Origin: Prorocentrum cordatum
Lineage: Eukaryota
Assembly (NCBI GenBank): GCA_963575745.1
Contig: CAUYUJ010000026.1
Span: 310,001 to 374,000 of the forward strand
Direction of reading: 5' to 3'
DNA: 64,000 nt
The position numbers and the translations under genes were made by a program. Position 1 is the stretch's first letter. Every line of letters starts with the position of its first letter. The notes under the pieces are model-generated. The model had not been told where the DNA came from, did not search any database, and saw nothing but the letters and a program-made list of their open reading frames with translations. Shown piece after piece: positions 1 through 12,129 of the stretch.

Positions 1-160
1 GGGGCCTCTGGCCGTGCTGGCCTCCGGGATTGCGCCGAGAGGACCGCGACGAGCTCGGCCACCACGGCGACCACCACGGCGTCTTCCACCACGAGCCGGA
101 CGCTTTCTTCCAGCGTCAGCACGACGACCGGCAGCAGCACCACTGCGGGGGAACAGACAC
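1..160 (+). CDS. Possible exon fragment of a Ser/Thr-rich protein, open at the window edge
   Basis: Frame 1 from base 1 reads GASGRAGLRDCAERTATSSATTATTTASSTTSRTLSSSVSTTTGSSTTAGEQ with G/C-ending codons (ACC/ACG/GCG/AGC). Exon boundaries are not determined. Confidence 0.3.
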
Positions 161-849
161 TTGGTGGAAGCACCTCTTCTCAACCTCCCTCCCTCCTCCT
201 CCTTATCCTCCTCCTCCTCCTCCTCTGGGCCAAAACACGCGTCATGCCCCCTACCCCCCCGACCCCCCCCTTTAACGCAACGCTCCCCCCCCTCAACGCC
301 ACGCTTACGCCCCCACCCGCCTCCGCCAGCTCTGCGGCCCGGTCCCCGGATCAAGTTTTTCCCCGCCGATGCAGGCGGCGCCGAAGGCCCCACCAGCTCC
401 AGCGATCCCCGTGTCCTTGACGTGGCCCCTGCTGCCCAAGCAGGGGGGGAGCCCTCCCTGCTCCTCCCCCTCCCTCGTTCCGCCCCCTCCCTCCGCCTGC
501 CCTCGCCCCTCCCTCCTTCGAGCTTCGGGCTGCTGACCTTCGTCTCCATGGTGGCTGCGGCCCCTCGTACCTCGCCCCTCCTCCCTCCTCCCTCCTGCTC
601 TTCCTCCTCCACCACCCCCTCCTCCTTCCGCTGCCCATCGGAGCACTTTTTTTCCATCCAGCCGAGCCCTGTGGCAGAGAAGCAGGAGTGGGAGGGAGGG
701 AGCGGGGGGGGGGAAAGCCAGGCGCGCGGCTCGCAGCCCGGCCGCGTGCACCTAATTTGTCTGGCGCCCTCGGGCGGGCCTCCCGGCGAGCCTGGAGGGC
801 GCCCCGCCAAGCCGCCTCCGCGCCGCCCGCGCGCGCTGCTGGGAGCAGG

Positions 850-1179
850 AGCAGACCTGCTGCCCATGGCGGCAGCGCCGGCGCCCACCCTGCGCAGGGG
901 CGGTTGGCCAGGATCTCCCACGCGGGCGCCCAGCAGCCGCATCGCATGCAGGCCACCCACCCTGGCCCCTGCGAGGCGACGTGCGCGCGCCAGGCGCCGC
1001 CGGCGAAGAGCGCGCGGGCCGCCTCGCTGCCCATCGGAGCACGCCTCGCGCCAATGCCCCCTGTCGCCCACGCGCCCCCCTTCCCCGCTCGGCCTCGCGT
1101 GCGCGCGGGCGGGGGCGAGGACGAAGGCGATGTCGTCATTATTGGCGACGACGACGACGATGACGACGTGATGTTATGA
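850..1179 (+). CDS. Possible terminal exon of an unknown low-complexity protein ending in an acidic SIM-like tail
   Basis: ORF 688..1179 ends ...GGGEDEGDVVIIGDDDDDDDVML*, which is non-repetitive and protein-like. The 5' boundary is approximate. Confidence 0.35.
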   Translation, partial: SRPAAHGGSAGAHPAQGRLARISHAGAQQPHRMQATHPGPCEATCARQAPPAKSARAASLPIGARLAPMPPVAHAPPFPARPRVRAGGGEDEGDVVIIGDDDDDDDVML

Positions 1180-1735
1180 TGTTTGCTTGGTTGCGTCCTG
1201 CGGGGCCGCTTTCGGGCCCCCCGGCCGGCACACGTCGATCCGTGCCAAGCTGGGCGAGGATGGGCCCCGGAAGGGGTCGGGTGGCGCAGTTGGAACGGAT
1301 TCTCAGGTTCTGAGTTTCGGGGGACGTCTTTGGGAGCTCTCGTCACCGCGGCCGGACGCACTTCTCAGAACCGATCGTGATGGTCCCTGTCGAGGGGCCC
1401 AGCGTATATTTTGAGCGTTTCTGAGGCGACGACGCCGACGACGACGACAACGACGACGACGACCAGCAGACCCACGGTGGAGGCCTGAGAATGTCGTAGA
1501 GCAAGGGATCGAGGAGGTTCAAGGATCGAGGAGGTTCGAGGATTGAGGAAGGTCAAAGATGGAGCTCCTGTTATGGGGGGCGTGTTTTGCTTCTCTCTGG
1601 GCCCCCGCTGGGTCCTCGGAGGGAGCCTTGCAGGCCCTCGGTGGAGGCCCCGTGGAGCCTGGTGCGGTGCAGAAGCTGCGGCCTGGACTCCTGGAGGGCT
1701 TGCAGGCCCTCTGGAACAATCATAATTAGGGTTAC

Positions 1736-1884
1736 GTCGGGCCTGTCCCTCTACAGGGGACAGTTCAAAAATCGTAGAAAAATAGTCGGGGGATTATTTT
1801 TGGAGCATTTTTGCAACATTTGTTTGATACTTTTGACCTCTTCATTGGTCTTCCAAAGTCCCCTTGTGGGGGGACGTGCCCTAC
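1736..1884. mobile_element. MITE family B, diverged copy (~149 bp)
   Basis: Left end GTCGGGCCTGTCCCTCTACAGGGG, degenerate inverted right end CCTTGTGGGGGGACGTGCCCTAC, AT-rich interior. Same ends as 13901-14050 and 31942-33406. Confidence 0.65.
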
Positions 1885-2104
1885 CTGAACATAGGGGGGG
1901 GCCTGATTCCCGCGGATGACGGCGTGCATCTCCGATGGGACCAGCGCTGCCGCCCCATTCGGCAGCTCGGACTGGTCGCACACCTCCCAGTGCACAGCAC
2001 ACTGCTCTGGAGTGTCTGAGGCCGCCCGTGCACTCCTTGGGGCACATTCCCCAATCAGTGCTTGCACTGAAGGGGTCCTAGCGGAGATTGAAGGATTTGG
2101 CGAA

Positions 2105-2490
2105 AGTTCCAGGCCGATTTCGCTGGGCCGCCAGGTTCCCGGGTTCCCAGGTTCCCGGTTCAGGGTTCCCAGGGCCCCGTTTCCAGGTTCCGGGCCGATT
2201 TCGGTGGTCGGCGGGGTTCCCGGGTTCCTGGGTTTTTGGTCGATCTTCTTATCGATCGGTCTCACCATCGATCTCATTACCCACCTCTCTATCGATTTTA
2301 CCATCGATCTCGCAATCGATCCCACAATCGATTTCACAAGGGATATCACTATAGATCGCAAGGGGGATCTCGCGATCGATCTCACTGTCGATCTCATTGA
2401 ACCGACTTCACTCTCGGTCTCACGATCGGCCTTACGATCGTCCTCACTATCGACTCCACGATCGATCTCACAATCGATCCGAATATCCAT
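2105..2490. repeat. Degenerate GGTTCCC(A/G) short repeats followed by an ATCGAT-rich tract
   Basis: Repeated ggttcccgg/ggttcccag at ~2105-2235, then dense atcgatc motifs at ~2240-2490. Confidence 0.8.
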
Positions 2491-2870
2491 ATCATTAATT
2501 TTCAAGCCATCCACTGATTGGGTTTCTCTTTGGTTTTATATGTTCTGCGCCCGAAACCTCCCGCGTGCCCCCTCCGCGGCCGCCCGCCTCGTCCCCCCAG
2601 TTGCCTCGTGCGCCCCTGGTCCGGAGCGCCCCAGTTGCCTCGTGCGCCCCTGGTCCGGAGCGGCCACCGCTTTTCCGAACGCGTTGGCCCCCGCCCTTGC
2701 TGCAAGGGCTCCCTCGAGGGCGCGAAGTTATTCGCGCTTCGCGGTTCGGCTCCGATACCTTCTCATCCTCACCTTCTCCCCTGGGAGGCGGCGCGAGAGC
2801 GCGAAGTTATTCGCGCTTCGCGCAGCGCGAAGCGCGAAGTTGGGAGCCCTTGCCTGCTGCTGACCACAGA

Positions 2871-3033
2871 TACGGTGGGGGCGTTGGATAAGGAGTGTGC
2901 CCAAGAGGTTGCAGACCCTGGAGGATTCCTTCTCTGAGGAGGGCGGCGGTGATATCCGTGGCCACTCCACGATTGGCTTCCAGACCCTGGGTTCCCTATC
3001 CCTAAGGGTTCCTTATCCAATGCCCCCACCGTA
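2871..3033. mobile_element. MITE family A (TA-flanked, Tc1/mariner-like)
   Basis: TA-CGGTGGGGGCGTTGGATAAGGA ... TCCTTATCCAATGCCCCCACCG-TA terminal inverted repeats. Other copies at 3211-3356, 4047-4218 and 37636-37811. Confidence 0.85.
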
Positions 3034-3210
3034 CTCCAGGTCTCTCCATAAGCGTGGGGGGGGGATCGCGTGGGGGGGTGGGAAACCGCTGTCCTTCGGG
3101 GGGCGTGGGGAGGTTTGGGAGCGAGAGTGGGTGGGTTTGGGGCGCGTCGGGGGGCGGGCAAGGGGCGTCGGACAGGTTGGCACGGGGGGAGCTTATTGAA
3201 GGATCTGGAG
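3034..3210. mobile_element. MITE family C (TA-flanked), between two family A copies
   Basis: TA-CTCCAGGTCTCTCCATAAGC ... GCTTATTGAAGGATCTGGAG-TA imperfect inverted ends with a G-rich interior. Confidence 0.65.
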
Positions 3211-3356
3211 TAAGGAGTGTGCCCAAGAGGCTGCAGACCCTGGAGGATTCCTTATCTGAGGAGGGCCGCCTGTGATATCCGTGGCCACTCCACGATTGGC
3301 TTCGAGAAAATGGGTTCCCGATCTCTAAGGGTTCCTTATCCAATGCCCCCACCGTA
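3211..3356. mobile_element. MITE family A, copy lacking most of its left TIR
   Basis: Highly similar to 2889-3033 and ends CCTTATCCAATGCCCCCACCGTA. Confidence 0.8.
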
Positions 3357-4046
3357 ACAGTTCCAGATCTCCGGCGCTCGGATGTTTCAACTGGTGGCTT
3401 CTCCTAGACTTCGGCCCCGAGGGCCCCTCTTCGGGCCCTGGAACCATCAAGGACAGATCCGGAGCGAAGCGCTGCCCGTGGGGCAGGGTGTGGGACCTTT
3501 TGGGCCGCGTTTTTTGTTGTTGTTTCCTTTGTTCTTATATATATATGTATATATGTATGTATGTATATGTATGCTTATAAGCAAAAGAACACAAAACATC
3601 ACATCGGCGGAAATCAGGGCTTCGAGCTTGGAGGTTCGAGAGCTTTCCGGCGCGTTGCGTCCCGCCTTGGACTCTGGGGCGCCCTCGTGGCCATGGCTGC
3701 CCCCCCTCCAGCATGATGGCCATGTGGGGGCGCAGATTTCGTCCTTCGGGCTCAGCCTTCTGGCGGCTCGGGGTCATATTTTCCCTCGCTCCCGGCGCCC
3801 TGGGCCCTATCCAGTCTTGGCCCTCATCGTAACTTAGGATATTCCGCCGCAAGGGTGTCATTCTTCCCTCGGCGCCAGCTGTTTCAGGACGTCCGAAAAC
3901 TACGCCATGCCCTCACGAGCCTCCAGCGAACCGACCTGTTCGAGAAACCCGACCTATTCTGGCCACCTTCCCTGGGACCGTCTTTCCAACCCGAGCCGTT
4001 CCGTTGAGGGCACAGGCTCAAGAACAAGTGGATAAGGGACCCATGG

Positions 4047-4218
4047 TACGGTGGGGGCGTTCGTTAAGGAACGCTTCCAGGAGGCTTCAGACCCTGGAGG
4101 GTTCCTCATCTGATGAGGGCGGCGGTGATATCCACTGCCACTCCACGGTTGGCTCTCCACTGGTTTCCAGACCCTGGATTCCTTGTCGAAGGCTTCCTTA
4201 TCCAATGCCATCACCGTA
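4047..4218. mobile_element. MITE family A copy
   Basis: TACGGTGGGGGCGTTCGTTAAGG ... CCTTATCCAATGCCATCACCGTA, with shared internal CAGACCCTGGAGG and GGGCGGCGGTGATATCC. Confidence 0.8.
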
Positions 4219-4279
4219 TGGAAGACAGTGGGGGACTCCAACCGTGGACATGGCCATGGATATCACCGATGCCCCCACT

Positions 4280-4635
4280 GGGCAGGGCGCCCCCTCTGCG
4301 CTGGGCGCGGGCTGGGCTTGGAGTGCCGTGGGGGGGGAGGTGGGCGGAGCCCCCCCTTTGCGCGCGGGACGGGCAGAGCTTGGAGTGCCGAGGGTTTTTC
4401 TAGGGAAGTAATTTCCCTCTGCGCGCGGCGCGGGCAGAGCTGGGAGTGCCGAGTGCCGAGGAGGGGGGGTGGGGGCGGAGCCCCCCCTTTGCGCGCGGGA
4501 CGGGTACAGCTTGGAGTGCTGGGGATGGAGGAGAAAGGGGGGGGGAGGGAGGAGAAAGGGGGGGGGGCTTCCCTCTGCGCGCGGCACGGGCAGAGCTTGG
4601 AGTGTCAGGTGGGGGGGAGCCCCCCCTTCGACTCC
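4280..4635. repeat. G-rich minisatellite, ~55-90 bp degenerate unit
   Basis: About five recurrences of GCGCGCGG..CGGGCAGAGCTTGGAGTG followed by G runs. Confidence 0.75.
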
Positions 4636-6079
4636 CCCCCCGCACCTTTTGTGCACCCCCGGTGGAGGGAAGGCTCCCTCTCCCTACGTATCCCCCCTCG
4701 GTTGGCTGAGGCTATTTTGTTGTTGGAGATCTTCCCTACCAATTGGAGGGTCGGCATGGGGGACGGGATAGGCACAGGGGCAGGGATACAGGGAAAAGGA
4801 GAGAGGATCTAGGATTTGGGCTGGGGATATGCGGGGTACTGATAGGCATCAGGATCGGGATCGGGGCAGAGGGGTAGGGATGCAACCGCCGTGCTGCCAT
4901 AAGGATCCCTGAGGTGCTTCTCTGTCCACGGTGAGCCTCGGCCGCGCGCAGGCTCCTCGACCTAGGCACGAGGAGCGGGCCGAAACCCAGAGCCCTATCT
5001 GAGATCACAGCGGTCTTTATCTCAGAGCGCATTCTGTGGACGCTGGGGCCGGTCGGGTGTGGGGGGGGTCGTACCGCCCCCCCCCCCCCCGAGGGGTCGA
5101 ACTGGGTGAGGGGCGGGGTCTGGATTGCAAGGGGGGGTGGTTTGAACAGAGGAGCGCCCCCACCCTTCCTCCATATCTGACAACCGATCACGGCGAGCGC
5201 CGGCGACGACGACGATCGAGCCTCAGCGGGATGCTATTACGGCTGGGTTGGGCCGTCGTAAGATTGGTGTGGCAGTTGGACCGAGCCCTAGTAGGATTCA
5301 ATGAGAGCTTGATCCTGCCGTAGTAGGCCTATATTTGAGTTGGATTGGGCTTTAGTGGGATTCCGCTATCGCTGGGTCGAGCTACAGTGTGACTCTATAA
5401 GAGGTGAACCGACTCTGATAAGCATGCGACTAATTTTGGGCCCAGCTACTGTTGGATTGTATGAAAGCTGGATCGAGCCTCACTAGGAGCCCGCCTCGGA
5501 CTGTGAGAAAATGGGTCCATCTATCGTACAACTCTACTTCGGCTTGATCGAGCACAAGCAGGATCGGATGAATGGGGGGGAGGAAGCGGGGGCGTTTATT
5601 TCGCTCCCCCCCCCTCGAGGGGGAAGTAACGGTTCGCCCCTCCCCTCTTTTCCACGGGGGGGGGGGGGGGGGGGGGAGGGGAGGGGGGGGGCGAGGCTGC
5701 TGCTATCCGCCAGAGAGGGGGGAGGTGAGGGTGTTTCCGAAGGGTTAGGCGACCCCGTCCGCCTCCTCCTCCTCCTCCACCTCTCCTCCCTTCCTCCCCT
5801 CCTCCTCCTCCTCCTCCTCCTCCTCCTCCTCTTCCTCCTCGTCATCCCCCTCCTCATCATCATCCTGTTCCTCTTCCTCCTCCTCCTCCTCATCCTCCTC
5901 CTCCTCCTCTTCCGAGCCTGCTGCCCGAACCCGCAGCGCCCAAGGGGGCAGCGCGCGGGGCGGGCGGCGGGCCAGCGCGGCCTTCGGCGGCCCGCGCCTT
6001 GCGGCGGCGGCAGCGCGGGAGGGCGCTGCCGAGAGCCAGGTCGCCAGCCTGGCATAGACGCGCCCGCAAGCAGAGGGCG

Positions 6080-9000
6080 CAGGGACGTGTGCTGGTCAGA
6101 CATGGCAAAACCGCAGGGCTGCTGGCAGCACAGCACTCGAGTGTACTGTGCATGACTAGGAAGGCGATGCAGAGCAAGAAGGATGAGGATGCGAGAAGTC
6201 GACGCTCGCGGCTCGCGGTGGGAAGCCCGATCTCGGATCCTTCAGATCCCCCACATGCTCGGGATCGCGATAGGGATTGGGATCGCGATCGGGATCGTCG
6301 ACGTGACGGCCGCTCCACCAGTGCGGCGCGTGATAGCGGGGCATCAGAGAGGCGTTCCAGAAGCTGCGGCCGCTACGCGGATAAGATCTTCTCAGCCAGC
6401 CAGCTTGAGATGGCCCCGACCTTCCCGGCCAGTCAGCAGGAGCAGATTCGGTAGCATGAGCAGCGGCAGCAGCGCGCAGAAGACGAAGGAACGGCCACCC
6501 CGCTCGCCGCTGCTCCTGGACAGCACCCAGTGCCGTGGCCAGTTCCCCCCTCGCCGCTCCGCGCACTCGGGGGAGCAGCCCCACTGGCGGGGCAGCAGCA
6601 GCAGCACCACCACCAGCAGACACAGCAGACACATCCCCGCGAACTCGACCCGTGGGCGGCGGCAGCAGATGAGCAGCTCAAGATGGCGCGTGGCCAGACA
6701 GTTCGGGAGCTCGCGGCGGCGGCGATGGCAGCGCCGCAGGCCCAGCTACCCAGCGCGCTCTGCGTGGCCATCTTGCCGATGCAGACCGCATTCGGGGCGA
6801 AGTCCGAATGGCACATGCAGAGCAGAGGCTCCGAGCACAGGTGGCGGACCAGGGCGCACGGCTGAACTCGCGCGAGGCGGTCAGTGCTGATTTGGAGCGG
6901 CGCCTGGCCCACTCTGAGAAGGGGCTGGACTTGGCGAGGCTACGTCCGGGAGATGCGCCGTCGGATCGGGGCCGATGCGTCGACCCGACCATCATGGCGG
7001 CGCGCGTTGCCGAGGAGGCGACCAAGAGCCTGGTGCAGGAGGCTGTCGTGGAGTGACTGGGCGCGGCAAACTTCGCGTTCGGCAGCGTGGTGGAGTTGCT
7101 TGGCGATGAGACGTCGAAGCATTTTGCGATGGCCTTCTCAGGCTCCTTGGCAGTGACGAGAGAGTCCCGTCGCAAGCAGGCGCGCGCGGCGCTGCGGCTG
7201 GGCTCAGGGAAGTGGAGAGACTACTACATCACTCCGCACTCGAAGTCGGCGCGCCTGCGCGCGTTCAACGATGAGGATTGGAGGGGGGTGGCGACGGAGA
7301 TGGCTTGCAAAGGATTGCGACGGGCATTCCTGGACAATTGCCACATTCGCGCTTTCCTGGGCCGCGGGGGCGGGCAGGTACTATCGCGCCGGGATCTCCG
7401 GCCAAAGTTTCGCCTTCGCCCTCGAGTCGCACCCCGAAGATCTCTCGGGGCGCGGCGGCTCTGGCTGACGAGGGCCTTGCTAGAGAGGATGGCATGGCGT
7501 TGGCGAAGATCAAGGAGGTTCAGTGGTGTGGGTAACAGGTTCGTGGGTGGTGATAGAGTGCGATCTGCGACGTGGGGTTCGAGTTCTCTTTCGCACATTT
7601 CACTTGCGACCGTGGCGAAAAAGGCCAGCCGTTCGAGAGTCCTGGCCTCCATTGGTGCTATCGCTCCAGTGCAAGAGGCCCGCCCCCGTTGATGAAGGCG
7701 CTGTTCGTAGGTTATCTCAGGAAGCAGGCGTGCGTCATCGCGCGTGCCGTTTGCAGCGTGAGTCACCGCATTCTGCAGGTGTGCGCACCTTGTTTCCTGA
7801 TCGACCCTCGCTACAGATCTCATCGGGGAGTTTTGTTCGTGGCAGGGCGCTGCGTTTACTCACCGGGCATCTTGGGTCGGGCTTCGCAGCGCGTCGCTGG
7901 AACGTGCGCAACGTTGATCTGACGAAGTCTGAGGGGGCAGAGATATGCCAGACTATACGCGCACAGGCTCGTGAGACTCGGCGACTCGGCAATCACCAAT
8001 GACGTCGACACCCATGCTGACTGGCGATTTCCATATTGCTGATGCGCCCTTGGAGCGGGCCACAGCTGTTTCTCGAGTCCCGGTGGTGAGTCGCCGCTGG
8101 CTGGGGCGCCGTCTCGCGCGAGGGCTTCAGGTGCCTCTACAATGGCAGGCTCGTCGAGGGCAGCGCGGTCGGGGGATGGCTTCTGAAAGCGCCTCTTCCG
8201 CTCTCTCGCGGACTTCGCATCCGACGCGCCGGCCCGCCCGCGATCGAGCTCGGAGGCGGCGGCGAACATGGGCGGGCTGTTCGCTTCGCCCACCCTCGGC
8301 TTCTCTGCCAAACGCATCAGGCAGCGCCGACGCTGGAGGGGCCTCGAGAGGCTTGTTCGGAAAACAAGCTGTTCTCATCATGTCTCCGTTGCCGTCACCT
8401 GGGGACCTCGGCCTCCCGAAGGGGAGCAGCGCCCGCGCCCGATACCCGAATGGGAGTGCCTGGGCAAGATCCTCAAGCCCGCAGTGGACTGGCAGGAGTC
8501 CAAGGTGCTCTCGGAGAGGCTCTCCCCGGACCCCCCGCAGCTCCTCGACGTCGCCGCCGAGGTTCGGCAATGCGCGGGGCGTCTCGTTCGGGGTGCTCGA
8601 CTGGCCTCGGGCGGCCACGAGTTCACCCCCAGGGCCATGGTGTTTCGGCCCGTTTGCGGGTGTTTGGCGCCAGAACATCTCCCTCGCGCGGGCCCTGGTG
8701 GCCCGGCATCCTCGGCTTCATGGTAATTTCGAGTTCTCGGAGAACGCCGCCAAGCTCGTCGACCCCAGTGCTTTTTTTTCCAGGATATTCGCGCTCACCG
8801 TCAGAAGCAGGAGTCAGGGATGCGCCGACGCGATCTCGACGCTGCTGCCCGCGGGAAACCCCGCGCGGGGAAACGGCCTCGGACCCGAGGGCATTTGGGC
8901 GCGCAGCTCACTTGTGGAAACCGCTGGCGAGACGCACGTTCCTGGCAGGCGCCGTCTGCGAGGAGCCGTTGGTGGAGGTGGGTGGCGAGATTAACATTCA

Positions 9001-11390
9001 GGAGTGGATGGAGGCGGAGGCGGCTAGGATGCCGGGGGCGGCCGCGACAGGGAAGGGGGGTCAGCGGGAGGCGAGGTCGCTCGCAGTCTCTCGTAGTGCT
9101 GGGCGCCTGTCTTCGAGCGTTCTCATCCCGCGCCTCGCCGAGCAGAGGCGCGCGCTCGTCACTTCGCTTCCTCGGGGGACTTTGCAACCTGAAGCCGCCC
9201 CTCCTGGACGACGTCTCGGGGCTCATCCCTAGGGCGCCCAGGGCTGCGCCGTGGCCTGGTGGCCTCCGCTACTGCGCGTGGGGCGTGGGGCAGGGCCCCG
9301 AGATCCGCCTCGAGGTCCTCCGCTGGGTATCCGCTGGCCACTGCCTGTCATGTGATTTCGCAGCCCCGTTGGCCGCGTTCTTGCCGAAGCCCCCGCGAGC
9401 CCCCGACTGCGCGCCCGCAGCTGGAGTGGCCCTCGGAGACCCTGGAGACATGAGGCACCTTGGGCTGAAGAACGCTGGCAATGGGGCGGTCTGCGGGGTC
9501 CTCAACGGTCGCCGCTCTGCGGTCGCCGAGAAGGTAGGGCCCCGTGCCCGCGACGGCTTCATCAGGGGCCGCCACGTCCTCGCGAACGTCGTGGAGCTCG
9601 ACGCCCGCGCCCGCCAGGCCAGCATCAGAGCCCACATGTTCCCTGAGGGCTCCCCATGCACCCATCACCTTCGACTTTGCATAAGCCTTCCCATCAGTAA
9701 GTCATCCATGGATGTTTATATGCCTGGAAAGCCTGTGCCTACCGCGTCCGTCGTTATGCGCTCTCAGACATACATATCAGATGACGCTGTGGTTCTGTCG
9801 TACATATACATGATGTCTTCGGGAGTATTGAAAGGCTGTCCACTGAGCGGATCGCTTCGCGTCGTTGCGGCCAACCCGTTCTTGGAAGATATGATTGCGA
9901 TCTTCTCGAGTCCACGACCTCGTTGGGTCATGCCCGCGCGTGCGTTGATGATCCAGGCGCTATCATGATACAGAACCGTGGCTATAGAAGGATGGCTCGA
10001 ATCTTTCGCAAAGCAGTGCTGATCGCGAACCTGTGCTTGAAATTGCCCAAATGTTGGGCCATCCTTTTGGGCCGACCATTGAATGCGGATGCGGGGCAGT
10101 GCTTGCGCAGGGCCCTGGAAGTGGCGCGAGCGGAATGGCGAGGGCGTGGGATCTCTGATGCGAGTGCGCATCTTGGCCTCCAGATTGGCCCAAGGGCCGC
10201 AATTGCTGCTGAATGGGATGGGTCATCCCCGAAGATGCACAGTCGGCTGTTGGGTCTGACTGCGTCGGGCGCCCCGCGCTCTGCGATGCTGCAGTTGTGC
10301 CGTGAGAGGGCGCTCTCAGTTATGTCGTATGCGGCGCAGATGGCATCGTTCAGTTCGGCGCAGGGTCAGCGCCGGAGGCATCGCGTGGCACGACTACTCC
10401 GACCGGCCAGCGGCATACTCGGGATGGGGGTGATTGCTTGAACATGTACGAACTTGGTGGCCAAAGGATCTCGCCGATGTATGCAATGACGGCGGCGGCT
10501 CGGATGCGGGCGAGTCTCATCACCTGCTTGTCGTGGAGAACGCTCTTATTTTGACGGCTTCGCCACCTGGTGCAATCTCCAGCAGTTGGCTCCGCCGTTC
10601 TGGAGGCCCCTACCATCCGCGAGTTGTTGGGAAGCGGCGTAGGAAGGGAATCCATCGGGCGCGAGACTCGGACGCGCTGGCCCACTATCTCTATCTGTGT
10701 GGAGACGAAGAGGGACGGAGATTTGACCTGCAGTCGCGGAGCTGTTTGGCGACCAGCTCCTCCGCCATATCAGTTCAACTCCTGAGAGAGCGACGAGAGC
10801 ACGTGCCTCCGAGCGGTCCCCGCGGGTAAAGTGGCAGGTCGTTTCCCAGGTCGTTCTGCAGCGCAGCGTTTTCCCACCTCACCTTGGACAGATCATGCGA
10901 CGACGTGTTGCCAAACACTTTGGCATTCATGATCTTAACACTGCCCGAGATAAGCGCCCGATGAGGATATCCCTCGCGCGTGGAGACCCATTGTAATGAA
11001 GAAGATGCTGGGCGGCTGGGTCACCGACACTCGTATGCAGCGTGAAGCTGGTTGTGTATACAGACGCCCTGACGATCGAGACTCTGTTGCCCATTCTGTA
11101 TGTGGGTGTGGAAGGCTCCACCACTTCGCGGCGCTGGTCTTGCACGTCAGCTTGCCTGCCACGCCGCATGGCCGACTATGTCGGACAGAGTCTGCTGCGC
11201 TCGTTGTGGCCATGTTTCAGCACTATCGACTGGTGTCCCATCGGTTCTCGCAGATCCCGAGCTACCCTGAGGCACATGCGCTCAATGACGTTGCGAGGAC
11301 AGCGTTGCGTCTACCTCTGCGGGGAGCTCAAAGGAAGCTGCAGGCTCGCGGTGTGCTGCGCGAAGCCTCGACGAAAGATCGTCAATGTAT
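6080..11390 (+). mobile_element. Decayed, near full-length non-LTR retrotransposon (LINE-like: ORF1, APE endonuclease, RT, C-terminal CCHC)
   Basis: Collinear motif remnants across frames: ORF1-like DPTIM..KHFAMAFSG..LRLGSGKW (6980-7300), APE-like LTGDFH (8017) and SHHVSV (8373), RT motifs (9230-10200), and GGWVTDTRMQ..C..D...H..C (11000-11120). Many stops and frameshifts; ends approximate. Confidence 0.8.
9230..10320 (+). pseudogene. Reverse transcriptase domain of the LINE (frameshifted)
   Basis: APWPGGLRYCAW (~APGPDG), MRHLGLKN (~RPL.L.N), DGFIRGR (~Q.GF..GR), SGVLKGCPLSGSL (~GV.QG.PLS), ACVDD (~YADD) after a frameshift, LCLKLPKC, AHLGLQIG (~YLG). Confidence 0.85.
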
Positions 11391-12129
11391 TTCGACTTCG
11401 TCGGCCGCGTCGTCGGCCAGCAGCTCTTCGGCCATATCATCATCTTACCGCTTGTGGCCGAGCAGCTCATCTTCAAGTTCCACGGGCGGCCCGGCGGCCA
11501 TCCCTTCGTCCGCTCCTGTTGGTTCAGCGCAGGGTTTAGCGACTTCGGATATCGAAGGGCCGAAGAGCGATCTTTCGCCATCGGTTCATCGGACGGTACC
11601 CGCGAGGTCCAGCTGTGCCTCAGGACCTGAGACAGGCGGGAGCGTGGGGCGATAGGCGGCGAGACGGACCACGCCTCCAGCCCACGCTCCGCCTCCTCCC
11701 CCCCCTCCTCCTCCATTTCCTCCTCCTCCGCCTCCATCCCTTCCTCCTCCTCCCTTTCCTCCTCCTCCTCCTCCTCCTCCTTCCCTCCCCCCCTCCTCCC
11801 CCTACCTCCTCCTATCGTTCCCCCTCCTCCTCCTCCTCCTCCTCCTCCTCTCCTCTCCTCCTCTCCTTCCACCACCTCCTCCTCCTCCTCTCCTCCCCTC
11901 CCCCCCTCCTCTTCCTCACGTCGCCCACGGCCCGGGGGAAACCGTGATAGGGGGGGGGGGGGGGGATGGGGGGGGGCAGTTCGCCTGGCGCCTCAACTTC
12001 AGGGGGGAGCTATTCCGAACTGTTCAGGAATTCGAACTGTTCAGGAATCTGTTCCAAACGCGCGTCCAAGAGACGCTATCACGGCAGGTACAGAATAGGG
12101 ATGTGGATGTGGATCGGGGTGTGGACAGA

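Noticed and set aside
4100..4125. Hammerhead ribozyme core (CTGATGA)
   Set aside because: It is part of a small palindrome CCTCATCTGATGAGG within a MITE. There is no stem II plus GAAA, and the motif is not conserved in the other copies.
11385..11640. Acidic minus-strand coding fragment (ELEDELLG..DDDMAEELLADDAADEVE)
   Set aside because: Contains an in-frame stop, matches no family I recognise and has no supportable splice context.
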